Assembly: GCF_006345805.1 (NCBI RefSeq)
Contig: NC_043010.1
Location: forward strand, 4,092,001-4,156,000
Origin: Octopus sinensis
Taxonomy: Eukaryota
Reading direction: 5' to 3'
Length of the DNA: 64,000 bases
How positions within the stretch are numbered: the stretch's first letter is position 1; every line of letters starts with the position of its first letter. The translations under genes and the position numbers were made by a program. This document shows, piece after piece, positions 24,539 to 38,365 of the stretch. The notes below the pieces were generated by a model. That model had not been told where the DNA came from and did not search any database. It saw only the letters and a program-made list of their open reading frames with translations.

Positions 24539-26019
24539 CAAGAAAAATTGGCAATGAATCAAGTAATAAAATCAATCAATACTGCCATCATTATCATTAT
24601 TATTATTGAAGATCTTAATGTGATCAAGTATAGTATTGTAAATATTATTTAACATTTTCAAGTAATTAAGCTAAATGCAAAATGTAGCTCTATGAAATAT
24701 AGTTATGTCTTAAGATCTCTCTTCTTTTGAATGCTATTAACAATATTGTTTGCTGTCAACAGAATATTCAATAAAAATAGTATAGCCATATAATATGAAT
24801 TTTATAGATATTTCTGCGCTTTAATTTTCTTCTATTAATTGGAAAGTTCATGTTCTGGATAGCCTACACAGATATTTTTTATTAGTTCTGATACTAACTA
24901 CCTAATAAAGGACTAACATCTTATTTTGTGAGCATTTTAATGTCAAGATGCTTGCCTAAGTTCAGCCAAAAAAAATGTGTTTATTTCTTTTAATTATATA
25001 GTAATGTGATTGTTCTTTATTTTGGGAAAAATATTGTTAAATCTTATTTGCTGTGAAGAAAGAAAGTATGCAAATTTCCTGGACACAACTAAGTTCATAG
25101 CTTAATGATGGCTTTATATTTCTGAAACAGTAATAGCTTTGAAATTGACTAATCTTTGCAGTAAAAAGTCTATCTATGTAATTGGATACTTGTAATAGAG
25201 AAAGAAAAGAAAAGTGAAAGCGATAGAGATAAAGAAAGAGATAAGGAGCAAAAGCGGACACATATTTAATAAAAGTATATGTTTAGCATTATTCAGTTCT
25301 GACATTTTTGTATGGGGGAAAAAGAAAAAAAAAATGTGTATAATAAAATAAGCTTTTTTAATTTCTTATTTTTCTGGGGAGGGGAAAAGGAGCTGTGCTA
25401 AGTCTTTGCAAGCTCTCCCGGACATGGTTCAATTAAAGTTGTTAATGTCCATTTTGAACCATTTGCTAGTCATCACCTTCAGGAAAGGAGTTTCAGATGC
25501 GCAGTGTGCTGGGCCTGGTGATGAGGACCCATACAATAACGGTAATGGAAGGACAACTTCATACAATAATGGTCTTTGATACATTTGTCCTTATCCCAGT
25601 GCATATTGACTTATTTCCAAAATTTTGTATGGAAGCATCATCATCCCTATCATTGTTTTAACATCTACTTTTCCATGCTTGCATGAATCAGATGGAATTC
25701 ATTGATGCAGATTTTCTATGGACAGATGTCCTTTCAGTCACCATCACACACTTGTTTCCAAGAAAGGTAATATTTCCCTATAACTGAACATGTTTCCATG
25801 GAAGATTAGAATAATACTGCTACTATGACAATGACACGCTTTTATTACTATCACATAATGTCTAGAGGAGACAGAATTTATCCATCTATAGATCAAAAAC
25901 TTAATCTGAATACTTGGAGTCTAAAGGCACCCAAGCTTCAAACTGTGGTGTTAAACTGGGTGACAGATTAAGCACGATTTACTTTGGTTTTAAATCTTTA
26001 GACGCATGCGTAGCTGTGC

Positions 26020-26149
26020 AATTTAGAAGCTTGTTTTCTAATCATGTTTTTTTAGGTTCAGTTCCATTGTGCAGCACCTTGGGCAAGTGTTTTCTTCTAT
26101 AACTCTAGGCCAACCAGTTTTGCAGCTGGAAACTTTGAAAGGCCCCATT

Positions 26150-26188
<39 letters not shown>

Positions 26189-26213
26189 CTCTATCTCTCT
26201 ATCTATCTAGCAT

Positions 26214-26304
<91 letters not shown>

Positions 26305-26545
26305 ATCTATCTATCTATCTATCTGTCTGTTTGTCTGTGCATGTGTGTGTTTATCCCCACCCCACCCCCTAATTGCTTGACAGCTGGTACTGGTTTGTTT
26401 ATGTGCCAATAACTAAATGCTTCAGCAAAAGAGACTGACAAAACAAATGCCAGGCTTTAAAAAGAAACAAAAATAAAATACATAAGCATTGGGGTTGTTT
26501 TGGCTGCAGTCCAATGATTGAAACAAGTAAAAGATAAAAGCTAAA
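26020..26545 (+). mobile_element. SINE family B (degenerate) with expanded central (ATCT)n
   Basis: Head ggttcagttccattgtgcagcaccttgggcaag; tail ~26340-26545. Confidence 0.65.
26150..26330. repeat. (ATCT)n microsatellite
   Basis: Direct reading. Confidence 0.95.
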
Positions 26546-27417
26546 ATGAAATAGAATTTTAAACCAAATATTTCTTGTTTAATAACTAAAAATAATGAAT
26601 TAACTGCTATGATTTTCAGTGTAATGCATCAGTCTGAGATAGAAAAGAGAAAAAGGCCTACAAATGGGAGAGAGAATGATTCTTAACATATTGCTGTGTG
26701 GACGCCCCCAAATGATGAAGTAGGCTAGCCCAATGTGTAGATATAGAGGGAGAAGTCTAGACGTCAAGACAGTAGAAGAGTAGGAGCACAGTTGAGCAGA
26801 GAAGAGTTGAGTAGAGGTCATCCGAACATGCGACATAACATATATACACAAGACCACAAATCTGGTCAGGAGGCGTTAGTGGATCAAATCAACACCTGCA
26901 CTTGTAGTTTGTTGTTATCAATTCCAGGAAGATGAAAAGCCACATTGATCTTTGCAGGATTGGGACTCAGAACATGGAATGACAGCTAATTATTGCAAAA
27001 TCTCTTGTTTAATGTTCCAATAAATTTGCCAGTTCACCACCCAACAGATGTGACTAATGATAAATTTCACAAACTATCAAAGATTATCTCAAAATAATTT
27101 GATGAATACTAGTGTTCTACAATAAACAGTATTAATATAAAGATTATTGCAATCAGATGTGAGAAATTATTTCAATCATTACCTTGTGTTGTACTTCTTG
27201 AAAATTAGGTTATAGATTAATTTTTAATTATTAATTTGTTATTCTGCTGTAGTTGATAGTTATTTAAAAATTTTATTGTCATTCAAATAATACCCATTGT
27301 AGCTATTAAAGTTTAAACTGTATGCAAACATATATATGCGCACACACACACACACACAAAACACACTCTCTCTCTCTCTCTTTTGCCACCTCTCTCCCTC
27401 TCTCATGCACATGCACT

Positions 27418-27612
27418 TGAAAAGTAACAAACAAGTATTCACAGACGCACATTTGTGCACCTCCAACACACATTGTTTGTTCGTGTTTACATTGGATGCA
27501 GTCTTAGAACTGCAGTTATTGATGGAACACCACCTTCAAAGGTTTTAACCAATTATAGTGACTTCAGTATTCTATCTTATCGATGTCACGAAGGTCAAAT
27601 GGTAAAACCAGC
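27418..27612 (-). pseudogene. Decayed cadherin-repeat exon
   Basis: Acceptor ctttttcttcaag|; across frameshifts LVLPFDLRDIDKIEY / LVKTFEGGVPSITAVLRLHP / VNTNKQCVLEVHKCASVNTCLLLFK, matching LD-RE..Y, A-DGG-P, D-NDN, V-EN-P-GT order. Confidence 0.55.
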
Positions 27613-28384
27613 CTTGAAGAAAAAGGACATAACTTCAAAATAAAATACTAAAGGTATTTTTTAACAAGCCCCTTTTCTTCTCATTTCTTTTATATGCTTA
27701 CATGTATTGAATATACCCAGTATAAATCTGGTTAAACCTCAAGTTAGTGTGTAATGATGAGTCCTGATGAAAGTGAAATTATTGTGCATTATTACAATTC
27801 AAATCTTTATGTACAAGTGACTAAACATGTTTCTATGTGCCTGAAAATAGTTCTGCTTCTATATTGTCATACTGCGTCACTACTTCTGGTATTGAATTGT
27901 CACAAACAGGAATTTGAGGGCTACAATTCCAAAAGCTTTAGCTTCTAGTAAAATATGAACCCTATTTTAAGCATCGAGTTCATAATTTTTCCTTTTATAA
28001 GAACAAGCTGTTACCAGTCCATATATAATGTGTGTGTGTGTGTGCGCACGCGTTTATGTTTAATTACAGCATCTTAGTCATCTAATATTTACTGAAAAGT
28101 ACCATTCAGTTTGTCCTTCAGCATTTGTAGTGGAGTGAAACATTGTTATGGGCTTGCCCCCACTCTGTGCTTCCCTGTCAGGCTGAAGTGTCCCTTTGGA
28201 ACATCAGCCAATGGTGTTTACCTTTACACAAAACTTGACAGGAAGCTTCAGTTAGTCCCAATGAAGATGGAAATATAAGTAATCAAAGAACTCATCAGAG
28301 AAAGCTGTTTGCATGTAATATGGCACTGGTAACACACCCAGAGCAGTAATTGTGAGAATGCCTCATGGAGAATCTCACAAGAAC

Positions 28385-29140
28385 CTGTCAATTCTTCAGC
28401 TTGACCATCAGTCTGATGAAACTGAATGTACAGGGCCAAGGTGTTGGGTAATCCCCTCTCGTTACCATCAGCAAGTATGAACTAGAATGAGTCCATGCAT
28501 TCACATATATTGGTTTCACCATCGTAGACAACCTCTCTCTACTAACTGAAATTAACAGATGTACTAGAAGAGCAGTTTCAACACTAGCTGGGCTGAAAAT
28601 GAGAATCTGGAAGAAAATGGGGTACACTAAGATTGTCATCTGCAAAGCTTGCATCCTCAGCACACTCCTTTATTGTAGTGAGACCTGGAACATTGACTCC
28701 AAACAAGAGCTACATCTCAATACCTTCCACCTATGCAGCTTGAGATAGATTCTGGGCATCAAGTGAACTGGCTGAGTCACCAGCAATGAGGTTTTGTTTC
28801 ATACACTGATATTAAGCCTCCTCATCTTACAGTAACAATGATGCCTCTGCTGGCTTGACCATGTACTCTGCATGCAAAAGGAAAGAATCTCAAAGGACCT
28901 GCTGCATGAGGAATTGGCATCCGGCAAAAATAAAACACAAAGGACTGTATCCATTTTCATTTCATGGATGTTTGCAAGAAAGACATAATATCTCTTTACA
29001 TGAACATTGAAAGGTGAGAGGAAATTACTGGTGATTGTTCCCACTGGAAAGTGGAACTGAACAAAGGTTTCATAAAATGAGAGGTGAGGCTGAGGTTTGT
29101 TGATGAAGAAAAGGGAAATCAATGGAAAAACAGCATATCT
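28385..29140 (+). mobile_element. RTE-clade LINE RT 3' fragment (degenerate)
   Basis: Recognisable LTISLMKLNV, FTYIGFTIVDNLSL, KACILSTLLYCSETW, NTFHLCSLR-ILGI motifs with stops. Confidence 0.8.
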
Positions 29141-29149
29141 ACTGTTCTT

Positions 29150-30055
29150 TTCTGTTTCTTGTGTTCTTCTTGGAAAAAGCCTCCAAACAGCCCTTAATGC
29201 AATACACATAGGGGCTGAATTTTGTACTCCACTATCAGTCTTAATTATTTCTTTCTGGCAGTCACAAGGTACAGCTCCAGAATTGCTCTGAGGTTTTGGA
29301 ACATCATTAGGATTTATATGTCCTTTCCGAATCCTGTCAATCACATTATTTCTTGTCTGTATTATACCTTTGTGGAATCTCTGTATTGTACCACAAAGGT
29401 GATGGGGAACCAAGAATCAGTATCAGTGCTGATGTCCTTCACAGGTACCCTCATATTGTTTTGTCTCATGTATTGAAACAATGCATAGAACAATGCAAAA
29501 AGTGGCATACCGACTTAACTTGATTTCTCACCTTATTCTCAGTTTTGAAAATTAGTCATATTGTTCCATCAGCTTTAACCTAGCAGAAGAGATATTGCTC
29601 CAAGTATTGAAGAGGGTTACCCTCAGCTGCTGCTTTGAGGGCTTAACAAAAAACCCTGTGTTTTTAGGGTTGCAGAGACATGCAGTCTTCTTCCTTTCTG
29701 GTGCTTTGATAATGACCTAATATAGAGTAACTACTTCTTTGGTAACTCGTCTTTATCACATTGCGTTCTATCTATGCCATGTTGCAGATATTTATCACAT
29801 CTTTATGGCTAGAGACTCTAGTGAAAAAATTATTGACAACCATTTCTGTTGCCTCCACTCAAAACAGTTCTTTTGTTCATTAAATTTGGCTTGTTTACTT
29901 AATTTGGCAAAATATGTGTGGGCGTTGTTGTTAATATTGTTAACAGTATCATTTAAATTGTTTTTATATCTTAAAATATCATTATTTTCCTTGTGAACAC
30001 TTTTTGAGTCTTGCTGTGAAATTGAATTTATTTTCCTTTTGCTTATCATTTTTTT
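29150..30055 (-). pseudogene. Decayed cadherin-repeat segments interrupted by a repeat fragment (~29500-29720)
   Basis: ORF 30049-29795 has DTVNNINNNAHTYFAKLSKQAKFNE (like TV-DINDNAP-F...I-E); 29500-29368 has MRQNNMRVPVKDISTDTDSW (like EN...ISA-D-DSG) with donor AAG|gtataa; ORF from 29413 has HINPNDVPKPQ and KTDSGVQNS. Confidence 0.45.
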
Positions 30056-31400
30056 ATAGTACTTATTAATATAATATTTTATATTACTAAGTGTTGTAAT
30101 TTCAATTTTTTGTTCTCTCTGTTGTCATATTCATTTTCACATTTGAAGGGAGCATTTCCCTACTGAGAAGCTGTTTTGAATTAGATGTAAACAAAAAACA
30201 GCAAGATATGTTTTAAAAATTGACAATCTTATGTCTCTCCCAGAATGGGAGCAAACATCCAATGCATTCCAGGGAAAATTATCCCAAAACGAATATATTT
30301 TTCAGCTATTCCAGTTATTCATGGTAAAAAAAAAAAATCAACATCCCGGAGAGATTCAGCAATGAAATTAGAATGAGCACGGAGCTGGACCATTGTGCTT
30401 GAGTCACACCGTGATGAGGCAAATTATTCAGCACTAAAAACACTGTACTCAACATAGACATAGAAATTGAAGAATTAGACCACAACCACCCATACAAATA
30501 TCTAAGAATAAACGAAACAGCTAAAATACAACACACAGAAATGAAAGAGAAAATCAGGAAAGGGTATTACAGGAAAGTTAGACTAATATTAAACACTGAA
30601 CTCAATGCTAAAACCAAAATAATCGGGACAAACATGCTAAGTCATACCAGTCATAAATTACAGCTTTAACATAATAAACTGGAAGATCAGTGAATTGAGA
30701 AACCCGGATAGAAAAACCAGAAAACTACTAGCAGAGTACCAAAGTCACCACCCCAAAGCAGACGCAGACAGAATATATCAACCCCACCCAGAAGGAGGCC
30801 GTGGTCTGATACAGATAGAAAACTACTATAAAATAACAACAGTTGGACTGGCAAAGTACTTAGAAGCAAACGATGGAAGACTACTGCATGTAGTAAAGCA
30901 ACACAAGAAAAAGAAAATGCTTTTCTCTATACACAAGAAGGTGACAAAATCAAGAACAGAAATGAACTACACTGATTCACTGACCTCAGATGACCTCATA
31001 TCAGAAATGGTCAAAGAGACAAAAAAACAAAATGAAAACTGAATTACAAAAGATACTGAGGAAGAAATGAAGATAAAATCACTTTATTGCCAAAACCCTG
31101 CAAGGCTTGACAGAGAGGAAGTGAGCCAAAGTAAAAGCCAACAGTAGCTCAAAAGCTTTGGACTAAAAGCCAGAATGGAAGGATTGATTCTTGCTGCACA
31201 AGACCAATGCCTGACTACAAACAATTATAAAATCAAAATAATGAAAACAGGCCTCAACACCAAATGCAGAATGTGAAACCAGTGCAATGAGACAGTTGAC
31301 AACATCACCTCAGGCTGCTCAGTCCTTGCTAAGTCTGAATATGTATACAGACACGACAGAGTAAGCAGTTATATGCACTGAACAATATACCAACATTGCA

Positions 31401-31786
31401 GGGGAAGCACTCTGTCGGTTACGACGATGAGGGTTCCGGTTGATCCAAATCAACGGAACAGCCTGCTCGTGAAATTAATGTGTAAGTGGCTGAGCACTCC
31501 ACAGACACATGCACCCTTAACGTAGTTCTCGGGGATATTCAGCGTGACACAGAGAGTGACAAGGCCAGCCCCTTGAAATACAGGTACAACAGAAACAGGA
31601 AGTAAGAGTGAGAGAAAGTTGTGGTGAAAGAGTACAGCAGGGATCACCACCATCCCCTGCCGGAGCCTCGTGGAGCTTTTAGGTGTTTTCGCTCAATAAA
31701 CACTCACAACACCCGGTCTGGGAATCGAAACCACAATCCTACGACTGCGAGTCCGTTGCCCTAACCACTGGGCCATTGCGCCTCCA
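31401..31786 (-). mobile_element. SINE family C nested in the R4/Dong LINE
   Basis: Full-length; 11-bp TSD ccaacattgca / ccaacgttaca. Confidence 0.9.
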
Positions 31787-32110
31787 CCAACGTTACAACA
31801 TCAAAACTGACAACAGGTGGTATAAGCATATGCCAAGCAAGGTACAAGACAATGACTAGGTCACAATCATCTGGGATATGCCAGTTCAAACTGACAAAGA
31901 AATAAAAGCTAATCGTTCAGACATAATAATCAAGGATTGGGGAAAAAACACCTGCTTTCTGATAGACATTGCAGTCCCTTCTAATCAAAATATTGTCAAA
32001 AATGAAGTGGAGATGTTGTCAAAGAACAAGTCCTTGAAATCGAAGTATTCAAAATGTGGGGCATGAAGGTAAAAATAATACCAAAATAATTGGAGTATTG
32101 GGCATGATAA

Positions 32111-33440
32111 AATTATATTAGTATCTATTAATTCATGTTAGCATGGATATAATTGATTTTTTTTGCCAAATTTAGCATCTTCTCAGCCATAAAGTGAATC
32201 AAAAATATTATTCTCTCAGACCCTATACAATCAAAGGAAAAGTATGATATATAGAATATATGAAATCATTGGAGAGATTTGGAGAATGGTATCAATAAAT
32301 ATGTCTATATGAGGATATTTAGTATATATTCAAATTCAAACTGTTTGAGTAATGAGGGCCATTTTCAATATCAAAATAAATATCAAATGGAAATTGTAGC
32401 TGTGATACCTGTGCCGGTAGCATGTAAAAAGCACCATTCGAACGTGGCCGATGCCAGCGCCGCCTTGACTGGCTTCTGTCCCGGTGGCATGTAAAAAGCA
32501 CCAACCGATCGTGGCCGTTGCCAGCCTTCCCTGGCACGTAAAAAGCCCCCACTACACTCATGGAGTGGTTGGCGTTAGGAAGGGCATCCAGCTGTAGAAA
32601 CACTGCCAGATCAAGACTGGAGCCTGGTGCAGCCCACTGGTTTCCCAGACCCTGGTCAAACCGTCCAACCCATGCTAGCATGGAAAACGCACGTTAAACG
32701 ATGATGATGATGATAAAAAAAGATATGAACAAAAATGTAGAAGCTATACCTGGATCCTCAACACTACACACTGTCTAAAAAATAGCACTGCAGAGAACAG
32801 CCCATAGCCTACGCAAGACACTATCAATTCAATAATACAATCAAAGCAAAGCAGCCCACAAATACACGATACATACTCTATAGCATTTACCCAGTGAAAT
32901 AAACTTCCTCCAGCAATCCAGAAAGCCAACACATTACACACCCAACATACAATACAAGCAGTAATAATAACAAAAGACTGCACCACACCTCAAGAGAAGA
33001 AAAAAAGGACACAATACAGTATCAGAAAGAGTTTGCACACCCCCAACAGCAGAAAAGAATGCACGGCAGCAACACAGAAGTGCAGCAGGTAATGCAGCAG
33101 AAATTTGCCTCACTCTACCAAATATTGAACAGTTACATGATGATGATGATGGTGGTGGTGGTTGTGGCGGCGACGGTGCTGATGATAATGGTGATGATGA
33201 GTATGGAAAGTTTGAATTTGAATATATACTAAATATCCTCATATAGGCATATTTATTGATACCATTCTCCAAATCTCTCCAATGATTTCACATATTCTAT
33301 ATATCATACTTTTCCTTTGATTGTATAGGGTCTGAGAGAATAATATTTTTGATTCACTTTATGGCTGAGAAGATGCTAAATTTGGCTAAAAAAATCAATT
33401 ATATCCATGCTAACATGAATTAATAGATACTAATATAATT
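32111..33440. repeat. 232-bp inverted repeat (32111-32342 / 33209-33440)
   Basis: Arms are reverse complements; I see two mismatches; 866-bp spacer. Confidence 0.95.
32400..32712 (+). mobile_element. SINE family D inside the LINE insertion
   Basis: As above. Confidence 0.85.
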
Positions 33441-33706
33441 AGGTTTGTGTTTGAGTCTGTGTGTTTATTAGCCACTAGTATAATGAGGTAAACTTATGAG
33501 GTTAAAGCTCTGTTTGAAGAATAATTGCCAGTTGAAATGTACAAGGATGATGAAAACAACAACAAAAACTAAAGTTCTTGTAGGACATAGGTCATACTTC
33601 CCAATAGTAAGTAAATACTCAAAGTTAAAATGTATTTGCTTCAAGAAAATATACCCAATTTTTTCAGCATATTTTAAAAAATTTTCCATATTTTTGTGGT
33701 ATGGGC

Positions 33707-34130
33707 TTTCTTATTTCTTTACTGCCCACAAAGGGCTACACACAGAGGGGACAAACAAGGACAGAAAAAAGGGTTAAGTCGATTATATTGTCCCAGTGCG
33801 TAACTGGTACTATTTATTTATAAGGCGGCGAGCTGGCAGAAACGTTAGCACGCCGGGCGAAATGCTTAGCGGTATTTCATCTGCCGTTACATTCTGAGTT
33901 CAAATTCCGCCAAGGTCGACTTTGCCTTTCATCCTTTTGGCATCGATTAAATAAGTACCAGTTATGCACTGGGGTCGATATAATCGACTTAATCCATTTG
34001 TCTGTCCTTGTTTGTCCTCTCTGTGTTTAGCCCCTTGTGGGTAGTAAAGAAATAGGCACTTATTTAATCGACTACAAAAGGATGCAAGGCAAAGTTGACC
34101 TTGGCAGAATTTGAACTCAGAATGTAGCAA
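33707..34130. mobile_element. Family A SINE (+, 33823-34056) nested in an antisense family A copy
   Basis: Host pieces 33707-33815 and 34057-34130 are contiguous parts of one minus-strand copy. Confidence 0.8.
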
Positions 34131-35667
34131 CAGACCTTCACGGAATTTGAAGTTGACCTCAGCAGAATTGAGCTTTCTAAAACAGCTAAAATAAGATATC
34201 TGAAGCTAAGATATACAAGGGTTATTAAGAATTCAATAGGAGACACTGCTATGATTGTTTTGTAGAAAGGAGATTTATTTGTGCTTTGGATTCATTAGAT
34301 GTTACACGATTGCGAAATTCTTATTTTGCAATATGAATCTGGCAATTTAAAATAAATCATCCGGTGATTGTTATATGACAATAAATATATGAGAAAAATG
34401 ACAGAGAAACATCATTGAGCAAATGAGACTCAAGTCAAAATCCCAGTCTTTTAGTTGCTATATCTGCATCTTGTCTCTTGAGGATATAACTACTAAATTG
34501 CTTAAGAATAAGACTAGAAATACACTTGTATGTAGAATTCATTAATTCATGTCTTTAAGTCTGCTTGATAAAGGCTGGCTTGGAACTAAACAGCAACATT
34601 AATTCATATACTACATGGTGTGTTGCATAATTTAACTCACATTATTGAACTAATTATCTGGACATTATTTAGTGCGACACCAGTCTGACTTTGGTTCTGG
34701 GTGTATACGCTAAATTAGTTTCTACAGATTTGAAATTACAATCCCTCATTTGTTAAACATACAAGTTGTTGTTTACACCCAAATCAGCTTTGATTTAGCA
34801 AACGTATGACCAAAAGGATTCCAGCACTGACCATAATATTTGTTGTCCAGAACAAGTGTAAATCAAACTACACTTTCTAATATGTCTTTTTTTATGGTGG
34901 GGACAATAGAGTCCGATATGAAGAACATTTTTCTGCTTTTGATTGGTAGTCATGTGGTAATATAGAAATACCCTTATTAGCTGACAAATCTAGGTGTTCT
35001 TCCTAGCTGTTAAAATCCTTAAATTATTTTAGCGCAAAACTAAAAATACATTCTCATATACAATTAATACATATACCCTCTGGTATGTTATGCAATTTAC
35101 CTGGTGGTGCACATACAGCTAACCAATCAGTAATATAATTTTGTAGATATATTTTATTTCTGAGATTTCACTCTTTATTCAGTTACGTTCCAAAATAATT
35201 CCATAACTTCAACAAATCTAACTTATTTCCACTTCATGATAGACTTTTATGACATCACTTTACTTCAGACTCTGTTGCAGTCATCAAATACCCTTTCTAT
35301 TTCAAGTCATTTTGATTTTGGCGATCAATGTAAAATCAAATCTAAGTTGAATTTAGTTATTCTTTTTGTAAGAGAAAATTTGCTTATTCTAATTAAATTT
35401 AGTTTGTTGTAAAAATCTTAAAATATACTTTATGACTTGAAGATATATTTTGCTATTTTCATCCTAGGATGCCTTTTGATAATATTCTTCTCTTCATTGC
35501 CATTCATTTGCATTTCTGCATACAATTCTTAAGGAAATGCATCTTGCATTAAAATCTCTGTGCCAATCATATACGTTCTTATACACAAAATGTACAGATA
35601 TAGCTGAAATTTATATGACTACACATATCTGCCAACCTATATACAGCCTTGTATATATATATATATA

Positions 35668-36082
35668 TATTTCTTTACTGCCCACAAGGGGCTAAACATA
35701 GAGGGGGCAATCAAAGACAGACAAAGGGATTAAGTCGATTACATCGACCCCAGAGCGAAAATGGTACTTTATTTATCGACCCTGAAAGGATGAAAGGCAA
35801 AGTCAACCTCAGTGGAATTTGAACTCGGAACATAATGACAGATGAAATACCTATTTCTTTATTACCCACAAGGGGCTAAATACAGAGGGGACAAACAAAG
35901 ACAGACATAGGTATTTAGTCAATTACATCGACCCCAGTGCATAACTGGTACTTAATTTATCGACCCCGAAAGGATGAAAGACAAAGTCGACCTCGGCGGA
36001 ATTTGAACTCACAACGTAACGCAGACGAAATACCGCTAAGCTTTTCGCCCAGCGTGCTAACGTTTCTGCCAGCTCGCCGCCT
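35668..36082 (-). mobile_element. Family A SINE dimer
   Basis: Two consecutive reverse copies joined at gaaatacc|tatttc. Confidence 0.85.
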
Positions 36083-36882
36083 TCCAGCCTTGTATATAGC
36101 CTGGTACAAACACACAAATGAAATTCTGATTTCATTTAAAGCCATTGAATGTATGAATATTGTGACATAACTAGAACTATGACAATATTCACTTAATGCA
36201 GCTTAATAAGGCAGTGAATACCTAAGTGACAAACAACTGTTCATATTTCCAAAATTAATTTTCATTTTTAAGCTTATACCTATCTAATTGTCAACCAATT
36301 ATATATTTTTCATTAATAAAACACAACAATAAGCAAACAAAAGTAAAATCGTTTTTGATTTCTATAAATTGATTTGACTCCTAATCATTTTGGATACAAA
36401 CACAATTTGAACTCTTTAAATCAATCAATATATGATTACATTTTGATAAGGATCTATTCATACTAGCAACAAGGAAAACATTTTTAGAAAATAGTTCCTA
36501 ATGTAAATCATAGGGAACTTGGCTTAGTTGTTGAATTCCTTGTTAGTGACAAATACCAAAAGTTTTCGAGCTATGAATTATTTGTGAACTCTTAGCGAGA
36601 TATTTGCTCAGTTGTTTAATATTTATACTGTAGCATTATTTTTCATATTACAGTCCAGTCAGCTTATTGCTAAAGCAAGGATATTTGATATATAGAAAAG
36701 TATGAGTGGGTCTATATACACAGTATCAGCTTGATCTTCCAATGCTATAGAAATTTTTGACTGTTGGAAAAGTTACTTGTAATTTAGCAAACCATGTCTC
36801 ATTTTTTAATGCCAGAGAAAACAGTGATCAGGATTTGTTCAAATGCCAGTGAAGGGATAGATACAAATATATGCATACATTT

Positions 36883-36934
<52 letters not shown>

Positions 36935-38059
36935 ATATATATATATATCAGAGTTATTAGTGAGGGATTATCAATCCGGACAAAACACTTTATAAGCTCT
37001 CTGCTAGTACACCAGGCTAACAAAGACACTCACACATAAATATATATATATATTTACATACAGCAGGCTTCTTTCAGTTTCTGTTTACCAAATCCACTCA
37101 CAAGGCTTTGGTTGGCCTGAGGCTATAGTAGAAGACACTTGCCCAAGGTGCCATGCAGTGGGACTGAACCCAGAACCATATAGTTGGGAGAAAAAAAAAT
37201 TTTGAACTATTTATCTGCTTGGGGCATACAGCATTTCAGTAAAAGGAAGCTATACACATTTCATAATTTTGCTGTTTCCTTTTAGATTTTAGATTTTGCT
37301 TCTGATTTGTTTTGTTGCATTAGTGAAATATCAGACCACCTTGACTGATCTGATCACTTGGACATACATATGAAATATAATGAAAATTGAACTTATTATC
37401 CCTGTCATATAAAATCAGAGCATTATTATAGCAATTAAATATCTTCATTGCACATCAACTTGGATAGCAGATGTATTTTATGATATGCTGAGTATGGCCA
37501 TGCACTTAGAATCATGATTGTAAATGAGCATTATTACTATCATACTGATGACGCTGTTTGTCTCCAGTCTTCCATGAAAAACATTCCTGGCTGTCAGGAA
37601 ATATTACCTTGCTTGGAAACAGGTGAGGGCTGGTGACAAGAAGGGCATGCAGCCATCAAAAACCTGCCTCAATAGATTCCACTTGACAGATATAGGCATG
37701 GAAAAGTGGACATAAATAAGAATGGTGATGATGATGAATGAGCATCCATCATAATTAGGTTTAAAAAAATCTGGCAAAAAGTGCATATTATGTTTGAACA
37801 AATGCATTACTATTTGTGAGGCACCAGCAAATTGCTGCTTGCAGAGAACTTATTCTTTCAACCTATAAACCATATTTGTGAGCTACAGTGCTCTTGATAA
37901 TGATGATCAATGATGAAGTTATTGATTTTTTTTCTTTTTAAAGTTCTTGAGTTGATTGGAATTTTCATGATGCTTGAAATATAGTTTCAAATTTTAGCAT
38001 GTGGCCAACAGTTTTAGGAGAGTGACTGAGTCAATTATATTAGTTCCAGTACTTGAGTG

Positions 38060-38365
38060 GAACTTATTTTATTAACCCTGAGAGAATGAAAGATAAAGTT
38101 GACCTTAGTGGTATATGAATTCAGGTGAGCTGGCAGAACTGTTAGCACGCCGGGCGAAATGCTTAGCGGTATTTTATCTGCGTTCTGAGTTCAAATTCCA
38201 CCGAGGTTGACTTTGACTTTCATCCTTTCGGGGTCGATTAAATATGTACCAGTTATGCACTGGGGTCGATATAATCGATTTAATCCGTCTGTCTGTCCTT
38301 GTTTGTCTCCTCTGTGTTTAGCCCCTTGTGGGTAGTAAAGAAATAGGTATTTGAACTCAGTATAT
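38060..38365. mobile_element. Family A SINE (+, 38126-38346) nested in an antisense copy
   Basis: TSD-like ggtatatgaattcag / ggtatttgaactcag. Confidence 0.8.

Larger units (their letters stand above)
30345..33150 (+). mobile_element. 5'-truncated R4/Dong-type non-LTR retrotransposon (RT C-term + REL endonuclease), two nested insertions
   Basis: Degenerate frames YKYL-INE, LNAKTKI, DRKTRKLL..HHPKADADRIYQPHPEGGRGLIQIE, CRMC zinc knuckle, WDMPVQTDKEIKANRSDIIIKD..CFLIDIAVP, GVLGMI|KKDMNKNVEAIPG..KIALQRTAHSLRKTLSIQ*. Confidence 0.85.

Noticed and set aside
25400-25600. GC-richer coding-like patch
   Set aside because: Frames under 60 aa on both strands and no splice sites; more likely a retroelement leader fragment.
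27182-27196. 14-nt microexon candidate (ttttcaag|AAGTACAACACAAG|gtaat) on minus
   Set aside because: Such short AG..GT pairs occur by chance; no phase link established.
27455-27643. Plus-strand 62-aa ORF that looks like a sushi/CCP domain (YSDFSILSYRCHEG)
   Set aside because: No suitable acceptor and the second half of the domain is missing; better explained as the antisense shadow of the minus-strand cadherin-like segment.
28799-29413. 204-aa ORF as an intact gene
   Set aside because: The distal half is antisense to an RTE LINE fragment; only the first ~90 codons may be host-derived.
31450-31653. Recurring ORF MVVIPAVLFHHNFLS... (also 44480, 49451, 60828)
   Set aside because: Incidental frame inside SINE family C; not a gene family.
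32111-33440. MITE/foldback transposon with 232-bp TIRs
   Set aside because: The interior contains the colinear 3' end of the LINE interrupted by the left arm, so the arms do not delimit one element.
36620-36770. Minus-strand exon candidate SKISIALEDQADTVYIDPLILFY..
   Set aside because: In-frame stop before any donor; also resembles a CR1-type RT motif, so the origin is ambiguous.
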